From assembly GCA_964526445.1 (NCBI GenBank), contig CAZGIY010000002.1, positions 1 through 52,270 on the forward strand: 52,270 nt of DNA, written 5' to 3'. This DNA is from an uncultured Candidatus Poseidoniales archaeon (lineage in GTDB: Archaea > Thermoplasmatota > Poseidoniia > Poseidoniales > Poseidoniaceae). Position numbers and translations under genes: made by a program. Within the stretch, counting starts at the first letter, position 1; the number at the start of each line of letters is the position of its first letter. Positions 1 through 9,300 of the stretch are shown in pieces. Below the pieces are notes generated by a model that had not been told where the DNA came from, made no database searches, and saw nothing but the letters and a program-made list of their open reading frames with translations.

Positions 1-1
1 C

Positions 2-697
2 GATGTGTTTGAAGAATTTCTTTCTCGAGACTTGCTTGATGAGGGGAAAGAGTATCTCGTTGATGTGATGTTAGAATTACCCACGAGTCAAGGTTTTGGA
101 ATGTCTGCTGCAGGTGCTTTGGCTTGCGCTCAAGCTCTGTCTAGATTAAGCGAATCTTCAATCGATCCTGCAACTATTGCGCATATCATCGAGAGGCGCA
201 ACTCTTCGGGATTGGGGGATGTTTTAGCGGTATCAGTTGGAGGTGTTGAATTACGTTTACAACCAGGCGCACCACCGACTCTTGGTAAAGCAGTATCATT
301 TTCGATTGAACGCGAAGTAATTCTGTGTTGGGACCCTGAAGCGAATAGGCATACTAGCACATACATCGATGATGCAAATTGGCAAAAATCGATTAGTGCA
401 GCGGGAGAAGATTCTCTATCGAGACTTTCAGTTGGAGAGTGGAATGAATCTAGGTGGTCGGAGTTATTAGATGAGGCAGATTGTTTTGCAAAAAATGCCG
501 GGATGCTCGAAGAAAAGCGCAGAAACGAATTGCTCCAAAAAATCAAGAATTTACTCCCGAGTGGATTTAGAGCATTATCATGTATGTTAGGAACTTCAGT
601 TTGTATTGTAGCAGAAGAATCAACACAAGAGTTAGACGGAATCGACAAGATACTTGCAGATAACGAAATATCTTGTATCAGGACTTCTATTCAATGA
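2..697 (+). CDS. GHMP-kinase superfamily protein, probable archaeal pantoate kinase (5' end outside window)
   Basis: The frame is open from the window edge. 'LPTSQGFGMSAAGALA' matches the GHMP kinase P-x-G-x-G-x-S-A-A loop. 'AHIIERRNSSGLGDVLAVSVGGVELR' resembles the AH-x-x-E / GLGDV / GG-x-x-x-R signature of archaeal pantoate kinase (COG1829). Confidence 0.55.
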   Translation, partial: DVFEEFLSRDLLDEGKEYLVDVMLELPTSQGFGMSAAGALACAQALSRLSESSIDPATIAHIIERRNSSGLGDVLAVSVGGVELRLQPGAPPTLGKAVSFSIEREVILCWDPEANRHTSTYIDDANWQKSISAAGEDSLSRLSVGEWNESRWSELLDEADCFAKNAGMLEEKRRNELLQKIKNLLPSGFRALSCMLGTSVCIVAEESTQELDGIDKILADNEISCIRTSIQ

Positions 698-1749
698 CCA
701 TTTGTTTTGGATAATTCAAGAGGAGCGGCATCGAGCAAGATAGTGCCGGGGATATGCAGATTCTCACAATATCCATGTCTGAAAACAATCGCGCCTTGAC
801 CCCATTCTTCGATATATCGACTCATTTGTTTGATTGTCTTTTTCCGTTGAAATGAAACATCGGAACCATAGTAGTGTTTTGCATCTATCCATGCAACAGG
901 CTCGCCATTAATTCTTACATCATCTAACAACAGTAAATCTGGAGTGCGCACCGGTCTGCCATGCTCAGCCATTTGCTCAGCAACCATCTCCGGTTGGCGA
1001 CGAATCCTCACGCCTTTGTTCTCAAAGAACCCGCATAGAACATCTTCGAAACTTTCGGCTTTTTCTTGAGTTTCACTTTGATCTACATTTGAAACTCTAT
1101 CCGCTTCCTCTGCTTTACGAAATTGTTCAAGGTCGCGCTCATTCAACCGATTTTCGGGATTGCGGAGATTCTCCTTGATTTTGTTCTTTGACCAACCTCT
1201 GGCTTTCAAAATTGCCCGAAACAAGTTCATCGGAGGAAAGTCATGTTTCTTTGATAAAGCCACAATGCCTTCACCGTCATCGTATTGTTTGCGCATTTCA
1301 ATTGCCCTACGTTGCAGGGATTGGAAATTGTAAACACTTTTTTGTTGAAGTATGGCTTTACGCAGACTCAATGCTTGATCAAGGCTGATATTCAACTTAG
1401 AACAACGTTTCTCGATTTCGTTTACTCTGTCTTCTGGTAGCCACCCCCACTCACCACGCTTGACAACTATGTCTATCGCTTCCGCCTCAGTATTGAGTGG
1501 AACAGGATTTGATGGCCACTCGATATTGATGTATTGTGGATCTGCAAGGACTTTGGGGAATGCCATAGGTCTGGGCGATATCTTGAATCGTTCAATGGCC
1601 CTATTCACCGCTTCCTTTTCCATTTCTGCGTTTCGTTTGCGACTTTCTTCTATTGGAGGGCCACCGTGTCGGCGTTTTCTACGCCTTTTCCGGTTCTTTG
1701 AACCTCCATTACCCCCACTCATCATGCTGTCGGATGATTGACCATCCAT
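691..1749 (-). CDS. PD-(D/E)XK nuclease-fold protein with a TPD motif (CDIN1/C15orf41-like) and a basic N-terminus
   Basis: ATG at 1749. The C-terminal 'RTPDLLLLDDVRINGEPVAWIDAKHYYG' gives a PD ... D-x-K arrangement. The central 'KKHDFPPMNLFRAILKARGW' looks like an HTH segment. The N-terminus carries 'KNRKRRRKRRH'. The 3' end overlaps the convergent upstream gene by 7 nt. Confidence 0.5.
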   Translation of the reverse strand: MDGQSSDSMMSGGNGGSKNRKRRRKRRHGGPPIEESRKRNAEMEKEAVNRAIERFKISPRPMAFPKVLADPQYINIEWPSNPVPLNTEAEAIDIVVKRGEWGWLPEDRVNEIEKRCSKLNISLDQALSLRKAILQQKSVYNFQSLQRRAIEMRKQYDDGEGIVALSKKHDFPPMNLFRAILKARGWSKNKIKENLRNPENRLNERDLEQFRKAEEADRVSNVDQSETQEKAESFEDVLCGFFENKGVRIRRQPEMVAEQMAEHGRPVRTPDLLLLDDVRINGEPVAWIDAKHYYGSDVSFQRKKTIKQMSRYIEEWGQGAIVFRHGYCENLHIPGTILLDAAPLELSKTNGH

Positions 1750-1857
1750 GAACCCGCCGCATCACCAATCTGTGAATGATTAATCCATGAAATTCTGTGA
1801 AATTGGTTGAAAACACGCGTGCATTGGTTTCAAGGAGGAAAGGAGAATCGGAGGACC

Positions 1858-4662
1858 ATGTCAACTCGTGTGGCAACCTTTCTCAGTACTTTGTTGGTAT
1901 TCTGCTTATTGGTGAATATTGCATCACCAGTTGATGAAAAGAAACCTGAGAACATCGAAATGGACAACGCATTTGAAGATGTATTCACTTCGGCACGAAA
2001 CCAAGCGGGTTGGTCATTATCCGCGGGAGGCTTTGAAGACGATTTGATTAGGGGATACGATGTTGGGCCAGACGGCTCAATTTACATTGTTGGTGCTTTT
2101 ATTAGTACGATGCAATACGGGGAAGGAGGGGTTGAAGCGACCAATATGCAAGGCGATGAAGACTTTTACATCGGCAAGATTTCCTCCCAAGGAGAATGGT
2201 TATGGTTGATTTCTGGAGGTTCTGAAGGGATAGATTATGCCAATGACATCAGTGTTGATGTTCGCGATGGTTCTGTATATGTTACCGGATCATATTGTCT
2301 AGGTACGGCGGGAATTGCTTGCAATATGCAATTGGGCACTCTGTCTCCGCTCGGTAAGGCTTCTGATGATGAAGATGGTAATGGGTGGATAGCGAGAATA
2401 GATAGTAGTGGTAGTTGGCAATGGGCCAAGAGTTTTGGCTCCATCTTTGATATTCAAGGAATGTCAGTCATTACTGATGGAAATGGTAGTGTTTACCATT
2501 CTGGCCTGTATGTGGATATGATCTCTATCGGAGCAGAAGAACTACCAGGAACAGATACCTATTCTTCCTTTTTCGCAAAGATGGACGATAGTGGAACATG
2601 GGAATGGGTTTTGGTAGGAATCAGCACTGATGGGATAGAGCCCTTTGGAGGGGCATGTTTGGATTCCATGGGGCAACCTTGGTTTACGGGTTCATTCATT
2701 GGTTCACTAATGCTTAATGAGACGATTTTGGAATCCGCGGGGGGCTCCGATATCTACGTCGTTCAATTGAACAAGACGGGAGAATTTGCAATAGCCACTA
2801 TTGCTGGTGGCGCTGGAGATGATATCGCCCATTCTTGTACTGTTGATGGCTCTGGCGATACAACAATAGTTGGTAATTTTGAAAATAAACTCAATGCAGG
2901 CTCGCTGAATGCAACAAGCAGCGGATGGATAGATGCATTCCTTGCAGCAATTGACAGTAATGGAACGTGGCAACATCTAGAGACATTTGGAGGAAATGGA
3001 TATGATGTCGTTTATTCAATGGACATCACTCCGAATGGAGAAAAGGTAGTTGTTGGAAGCATGTCGGGCAGTCTGACTATCGGCCAGAATACCTTGACAT
3101 CCACTGGTGGTAGTGACGTCATGTTCCTTATATTTTCACAAAATGGAACTTTATCGAATGCTATGACAGTCGGCGGTCCTGCTGACGACAATGGTTTAGG
3201 CGTAGCCATTGGGGGAGATGGTTCACCAATTGTGTTAGGAACTTATCGGGGCACTGCATCATTTGGAACTTTCAGTAATACCAGTGAAGGTCAAGCAGAT
3301 ATCTTCCTTTGGCAATATGCTAAGGACGAAGACGGCGACGGAGTAGTAGACGGTGGTGACAATTGTCCAAACATTGCAAACTCAGGGCAGAACGATCACG
3401 ATATGGATGGGGAAGGAGATGCCTGTGAAGACGACATCGATGGTGATGGTTTGTTGGATGATGTGGATGATTGTCCTGAAGGCTCGATAGGTTGGACTTC
3501 AAACAATGAAACCGATCATGATGGTGATGGCTGCCATGATTATTCGGAAGATTTGGATGATGATGCAGATGGCATTCCAGATACCAACGATTCCTGTAGC
3601 AAAGGACCGATTGGTTGGGTTTCAAATCCAGAGGAAGATATCGATGCTGATGGTTGCGCTGATGTGGATACTGATGGCGATGGTTTTGTTGATCAATCAG
3701 ACAATTGTGTCAATGTATTTAATTCGGATCAAAGCGATAAGGACGGAGATGGAATTGGAGATGCTTGTGACGGTGATATTGACGGAGATGGAGTAGGTGG
3801 AGACTTCGACGAATGCCCTGATGGAGAAACTAATTGGCAATCTAATGCAGAAACTGACAATGATGACGATGGTTGTAGAGATTCCGGAGAGGATACCGAT
3901 GATGACGGCGATGGAGTTTCCGATAACATCGATGATTGTCCCAAAGGAGAGATAGGCTGGAGCACTACAACTCCCGGTGCCGACCATGATTCGGATGGTT
4001 GTCGAGATGCCGATGAGGACGACGATGATGATGATGATGGCTTCAAAGACACATTAGATTCGTGCCCTCTAGGTGCTATTGGCCCCTCGCCATTAGGTCA
4101 AGATTTTGATAATGATGGATGCAATGATAGATCAGAGGATGAAGATTTAGACAACGATGGAGTTCCTAATAATTCTGACCTATGTGCAAATACTCTAATT
4201 GGGACACAAACGGACGCTTCGGGTTGCAGTGATACGGAAAGGGATAGTGATGGGGATGGTGTCAAAGATATTGATGACCAGTGTGCAGGTACGCCCTCCA
4301 ATGTTGAAGTAAATACTGACGGCTGTCCACGTTCGGGAAGTGAAAATACTGGGGGAAGTAGTTCATTGAACGATGAGAAGAGTAGTGGTGGATTGGGTAT
4401 AGATCCAGTAATTCTCTATGGCGGAGGCGGAGTGGCAATATTGGCAGTCATAGCAATCATCATCACGATGATGGGTAACAAGCCGCCCCCAAGAAGGGAC
4501 GATGAGGACGAATTCGGAATGATTGCTCCAGATACAATGGGCAGCGTTCAAACTGCACAGGTAGAGCAATCACAATCTTCGTCGATAGGTGGATTCACAG
4601 ATGAACAACTGATGTCTGCAGGATGGACACCTGAGCAGATTGCAGCACACCGCCAGCGTTAA
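1858..4662 (+). CDS. Type-I membrane-anchored surface protein: signal peptide, SBBP-like beta-propeller repeats, thrombospondin type-3 (TSP3) Ca-binding repeats, C-terminal TM
   Basis: ATG at 1858 gives 'MSTRVATFLSTLLVFCLLVNIASP' (the track start at 1807 is a TTG extension). At least 7 repeats resemble 'DGSIYIVGAF / DGSVYVTGSY / NGSVYHSGLY / GDTTIVGNF / GEKVVVGSM / GSPIVLGTY'. These are followed by D-x-D-x-DG-x-x-D-x-x-D-x-CP motifs, then the TM 'VILYGGGGVAILAVIAIIITMM' and a cytoplasmic tail. Confidence 0.85.
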   Translation: MSTRVATFLSTLLVFCLLVNIASPVDEKKPENIEMDNAFEDVFTSARNQAGWSLSAGGFEDDLIRGYDVGPDGSIYIVGAFISTMQYGEGGVEATNMQGDEDFYIGKISSQGEWLWLISGGSEGIDYANDISVDVRDGSVYVTGSYCLGTAGIACNMQLGTLSPLGKASDDEDGNGWIARIDSSGSWQWAKSFGSIFDIQGMSVITDGNGSVYHSGLYVDMISIGAEELPGTDTYSSFFAKMDDSGTWEWVLVGISTDGIEPFGGACLDSMGQPWFTGSFIGSLMLNETILESAGGSDIYVVQLNKTGEFAIATIAGGAGDDIAHSCTVDGSGDTTIVGNFENKLNAGSLNATSSGWIDAFLAAIDSNGTWQHLETFGGNGYDVVYSMDITPNGEKVVVGSMSGSLTIGQNTLTSTGGSDVMFLIFSQNGTLSNAMTVGGPADDNGLGVAIGGDGSPIVLGTYRGTASFGTFSNTSEGQADIFLWQYAKDEDGDGVVDGGDNCPNIANSGQNDHDMDGEGDACEDDIDGDGLLDDVDDCPEGSIGWTSNNETDHDGDGCHDYSEDLDDDADGIPDTNDSCSKGPIGWVSNPEEDIDADGCADVDTDGDGFVDQSDNCVNVFNSDQSDKDGDGIGDACDGDIDGDGVGGDFDECPDGETNWQSNAETDNDDDGCRDSGEDTDDDGDGVSDNIDDCPKGEIGWSTTTPGADHDSDGCRDADEDDDDDDDGFKDTLDSCPLGAIGPSPLGQDFDNDGCNDRSEDEDLDNDGVPNNSDLCANTLIGTQTDASGCSDTERDSDGDGVKDIDDQCAGTPSNVEVNTDGCPRSGSENTGGSSSLNDEKSSGGLGIDPVILYGGGGVAILAVIAIIITMMGNKPPPRRDDEDEFGMIAPDTMGSVQTAQVEQSQSSSIGGFTDEQLMSAGWTPEQIAAHRQR
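3320..4335 (+). repeat. In-frame array of TSP3-type Asp/Gly/Cys repeats (about five copies of a ~45-aa unit)
   Basis: The recurring unit is 'DDCPxGxIGWxSNxExDxDxDGCxDxxEDxDDDxDGxxDxxDxC'. The GAT/GGT/GAC-rich DNA opens spurious ORFs in other frames. Boundaries are approximate. Confidence 0.8.
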
Positions 4663-6225
4663 TCAATCGCTGTTCAATCTCTGTCTACGTCCGTCTTGCT
4701 CGACTCCAACGTCTTGTAGCAATCGTTCTCTCAGCGCTTCATGCAACCACATTCCCTCAGGTAATTCAATCAGCAAACCCTTGGCTAAGAGACGTTCTGG
4801 GGGCTTCCCTTGCCAGCCACTTGCTTCAGCTAATGTTTTCCATTTTACAGGCCTTTGACTGACTGCCAATTGTGCCAACAATTCTCGTTCTGCATCGAGT
4901 AATGCATCGAGTATTTCTTCATCTAGGAAACGTAACCAATCTCGGTGAGTAACTGCCCCATATAGTTCCAATAATTCCATCGCCAAAGGGTGGCCACCAG
5001 TTAATTGGTGAACCATATCTGCTTCTGGTGGTTCTTCGCTCTTGAATGTGCCAAGCCATTCTTTTAGAGCCTCTACAGAGAGGCCTTTGAGAGTGACTTC
5101 TCTTACCTTGTCTCGTGTATGTACATCTCTCCTATCGTAGAATCTGGGCCTTGTTCTGCTAATCATCAACAACTGCAATGGGGACTGAACTGCTACTTGC
5201 AATAGTGAACCTAGAAGATCATCGGCGTGACCATCCATATGGTGTACATCGTCTAAAATGATTAACCATGTTGGTGGCGGCTTGCCTTCGTCCTCTTTGC
5301 GTCTATATCTTTCTCGAATGGCGTCAGAATCTGTTAGATATGCAAGTAACCTACGCCGCCACGCATCTACATCTAGCGTAGTGCCGGGAGAGAGCGGCAA
5401 GGTGTCCATCAACTGATATGGGTCATGTACATCATCAACTCCAACTCTGTGCAATAGGCTGACTGCTATTCCGTGCTCTCTATCCCAAGGTTGGCAGGGA
5501 TACCAACAGATGGATAGGTTCGCTTCTTCTTCCATTCTCTCTTGAAGCCAATGAGCAACCACAGTTGATTTGCCTATTCCAGCGACCCCTTGTACAATCA
5601 TACAGGGGTGCCTTTCGTCGCGCCAAGTGTCTAAATCAGCCAAGATATCTGCTCTGCCATGTACCGGCCTTGTCTTTGGTGGCCGTGTATGATAAGTAGC
5701 GTGCGCTCCTGCTAGTAGCGTCAACCTTCCAGGGGGGGCGTGCCCCTCCTCATCCCTTTTTTGAATGGGGCCAAATCTGATGTCTCCATAGGTTAGAACC
5801 CCTTCATGAATAGCGTGCATCAATACCTGCATCAAAGTTAGATTTGCTTCAAGCCGTTCAGCGACTTCTTCAGCTTTAATCTCCAGCAGATCGCCTTCTT
5901 TTCCTCTGATGAGAACTGTCAATTCAGCTAGAATTGCTCTTCTTTCTTGGGCTTCAGCCTTACCAACTTCAGTCAATTGCCAGACTTTTTGCCTTCGCTC
6001 ATCATTCTTAATCATCCTCGAATGCTCTTGCACCAGTTTTTCTTTCAATAGGCTTCTCATGGTTCTCGATACGTTTGGAGGGTGTAGTGCACACGCTTCT
6101 GCAATTCCTGGACGAGTCACTGCACTGGTGACCATGAATTGGTCAGCCTGCTCAATATTTTCCAATAAGTGCAGTAAAATCCTGTCGCGCACGGCAACGG
6201 ATACCTTTGGCAACTCTTTGGGCAC
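4663..6225 (-). CDS. STAND-class (NB-ARC/AP-ATPase-like) P-loop NTPase with an N-terminal MarR-like winged HTH; no C-terminal repeat sensor
   Basis: Walker A 'GVAGIGKST', Walker B 'WLIILDDVHH', 'LLMISRTRP' (TTR-like), 'LKGLSVEALKEWL' and the GxP motif 'TGGHPLAMELL'. The N-terminus 'RDRILLHLLEN...ITRPGIAEACALHPPNVSRTMRSLLEKLV' is wHTH-like. GTG start at 6225 (uncertain). Confidence 0.7.
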   Translation of the reverse strand: MPKELPKVSVAVRDRILLHLLENIEQADQFMVTSAVTRPGIAEACALHPPNVSRTMRSLLKEKLVQEHSRMIKNDERRQKVWQLTEVGKAEAQERRAILAELTVLIRGKEGDLLEIKAEEVAERLEANLTLMQVLMHAIHEGVLTYGDIRFGPIQKRDEEGHAPPGRLTLLAGAHATYHTRPPKTRPVHGRADILADLDTWRDERHPCMIVQGVAGIGKSTVVAHWLQERMEEEANLSICWYPCQPWDREHGIAVSLLHRVGVDDVHDPYQLMDTLPLSPGTTLDVDAWRRRLLAYLTDSDAIRERYRRKEDEGKPPPTWLIILDDVHHMDGHADDLLGSLLQVAVQSPLQLLMISRTRPRFYDRRDVHTRDKVREVTLKGLSVEALKEWLGTFKSEEPPEADMVHQLTGGHPLAMELLELYGAVTHRDWLRFLDEEILDALLDAERELLAQLAVSQRPVKWKTLAEASGWQGKPPERLLAKGLLIELPEGMWLHEALRERLLQDVGVEQDGRRQRLNSD

Positions 6226-6340
6226 GACCTGCCACTCTGAGCCTTCTTGTTCAAGGATTTCCCTTGTCAGTTCAATACCTCCCTCCTATTATTACACAAA
6301 CTAACCAAAAACCCTTTTTTACAATACGATTCGCACAACT

Positions 6341-9300
6341 ATGGGAGTAGCGCAAGATTCGCCTCACAATATTGTAAGCGGGCCGGTTCTACCCATCATT
6401 CTCATTCTATTGTTCACTCCATTTCTAACCGTTGTCGCTTCTGCCTTAGATACGGACGGAGACGGGGTTGAAGACCATCTAGACGATTGTCCACTGGCTT
6501 CAGGAGACTCTACTGTAGATCGGGATGGCTGCCCTGACCGAGACGGCGATGGAACTAGCGATTACAATGATCGTTGGACTCTTCCAAATACCAGTTTCTT
6601 GGAAGATACGATTCTATCCTCAAATAATGACTATTATGCGGTTGATCATAGCCCAGATGGGCAGTTCATCCTGACCGGTGATGAGGATGGATGGGTTAGA
6701 ATCTGGAACCTTTCTACTCAATCCAATGTTCTTTCTACGCAGATGATTTATGATGGTCAAGGAAGAGAAGTAGGTGATGTAAAGTGGTCTCCAGATGGAA
6801 GCCTAGTGGCAGCAGCCATCGATTATGGAGACACATTGGGAATATGGTATGCTAACAACATAACACAACAGAATTCAATCAGTGTCGACGTAGGTAGTAA
6901 CGATAACCCTGCAAATATTGCTTGGAGCCCGGACAGTTCTTTACTGGCTGTAGCGATTGGAAGGTCAGGCAATGGTGGGACTAATGGTCAAGTGAAAATC
7001 ATCAATGTCTCTACTGGGTCTCAGGTTCAGACATTGAATCCAAATGGCGAGGATAGGTTCTATTCTGTTGATTGGTCTCCAGATGGTAGCAGAATAGTCG
7101 TCGGAGGAAATGACGACATGTGGATTTATGATACGGTTAATTGGCAAATCAACCGCAGTATGACTGGAACCGCTGCAGCGAACATCAATGATATCGCGTG
7201 GTCCCCTGATGGCAATTATTTTGCCACTTGTGAGGCTTGGGCTTCATCCAATTCAAAAGCAAAGATGTGGAACGCAAATACTGGAGTCAAAGTATGGGAG
7301 AAGACCATCTCTACCTCTTGTTTGGATACTGATATTTCTCCGGATGGCAGACTTGTCGCATTTGGTGCAAGTTGGTATCAGGGCGACGGTGCTTCAGTCA
7401 AGATATTCGATGTCGTTGGAGGTGGCTTGAAGGATGTCGTTTCTGGACCAAGGCCGGGGGGTTGTTCCTCGGGAAGTAGCAACAATTGTGGCTCAGTCTA
7501 CGGGGTATCTTGGCATCCTGATGGGCAGCACCTAGTATCAGTTCATGGTCGCAACGATGAGGGAATATACTATTGGTACGCAGACTTGGATCCTGATGGT
7601 GATGGATACAATAGTAGCGACCAAGGAGATGGTGTAGTCGATGCTTTCCCTGACGATGGAACGCAATGGGATGACACTGATTCAGATGGATATGGAGAAA
7701 ACCCAGCCCCAGCAAATCAACCAGATGCATGCGTTTCAGTTTATGGAACATCCAATAATGACCGATTCGGCTGTCCAGATCAAGATGGCGATGGTTACAG
7801 TGATCCTGACTCCACTTGGACAGTTACAGACGGAGCAGATGCCTTCGTATCAGATCCTGAACAATGGGCAGATGCAGATGAGGATGGTTATGGAGACAAT
7901 TATCTCTATGATGAAGAGGAATTAACTGAGTTGCACATCAATCAACGAGGAGATGCCTTCCCGGCAAATCCTCATCAATGGAATGATACCGATGGTGATG
8001 GATGGGGAGATAATTTTGCAAATGCTTCTTGGATAGAAGTAAGGCCTGCAGAATGGCCTGGAGCGTTGAATCCAACCGCGACGCAAGTTGATACTTTCCC
8101 CTTGGACAGATATCAGTGGAGAGATAGTGACGGCGATTGGGTCGGGGATGAACCATTTTCCCCGCGTAGTGATGCTTGCCCGAATCTTTGGGGAGATTCT
8201 TACGAAGATAGACTAGGTTGTCCAGATAGTGATGGAGATGCTTGGTCTGACCCAGACAATGATTGGGAAGCACACCCAGATGGCGACGCAGACGCCTTCC
8301 CTAACGACCCAACTCAATGGAGAGATACCGATGGAGATGGCTTTGGAGACAATGCCAGCGGAAACAATCCCGACAATTGTCCAGGAGAAGCAGGTAATTC
8401 CTGGCAAGATCGACATGGTTGTCCAGATATGGACGGTGATGGTTGGTCAAATGGTGGAGATGCTATGCCAGTTGACCCAACACAATGGCAAGACCGTGAT
8501 GGAGATGGTTACGGAGATAACGCTAATGGGAGCAATCCTGATACTTTCCCTGATGATTCCACTCAATGGAGTGACCGTGACGGGGATGGTTATGGAGACA
8601 ACCCAAACGGTTTGAGTGGAGATTGGTTCCCAGATGAGCCAACTCAATGGCATGACTTCGATGATGACGGATGGGGAGATAACCCCGATGGTGTACGCGG
8701 TGATGCTTGCCCTGATGAAGAAGGCCCCAAACCTAAGTCTTCAAGCGATCAAGGGAATCCATTGACTCGGGGCTGTCCAGATAGGGATTTAGACAACTAT
8801 CCTGACCCAGTAGACAAATTCCCTGACGATCCCTTCCAGTGGAATGATACTGATAATGATGGTTGGGGTGATAATCAGGGCGTCAGCAATGGCGACGATT
8901 GTATCGACGTTCCTGGAAGTAGTAGCGAAGCCAACCTGCAGGGTTGCCCTGATACCGATGGTGATGGTTGGGCCGATACCATCGATGAATTCCCAAACGA
9001 TTCCTATCAATGGAAAGATTCCGATGGCGATGGTTATGGTGATAACTACATCTGGGAAAATAGCACGACAAATCAGACTCTCGATGGTTACGGTTTGAGA
9101 ATAGAGATGGGAGACGCATTCCCCAATGAACCAACTCAGTGGTCAAATGTAGACGGTGATTTCCGTGGCGATAATCCGAATGGAATCCAACCAGATTATT
9201 TTCCATTGGTATATACCCAATTGTTAGATACTGACGGAGATGGCTATGGGGACAATTTCACCCTTGGTGCATTTGAGCCTGACGACTGCTCTTGGGCGGG

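Noticed and set aside
130-648. A 172-aa ORF antisense to the pantoate kinase-like gene.
   Set aside because: The sense strand carries clear GHMP-kinase motifs. The antisense product is Ser-rich with no features.
3320-4301. Several 65-107-aa ORFs on both strands and in other frames (3320-3625, 3506-3796, 3697-3987, 3729-4052, 4098-4301), some His-, Met- or Ser-rich.
   Set aside because: They lie entirely within the TSP3 repeat region of the 934-aa gene. Periodic GAT/GGT/GAC codons suppress stops in other frames, and the translations are low-complexity mirror images of the Asp/Gly repeats.
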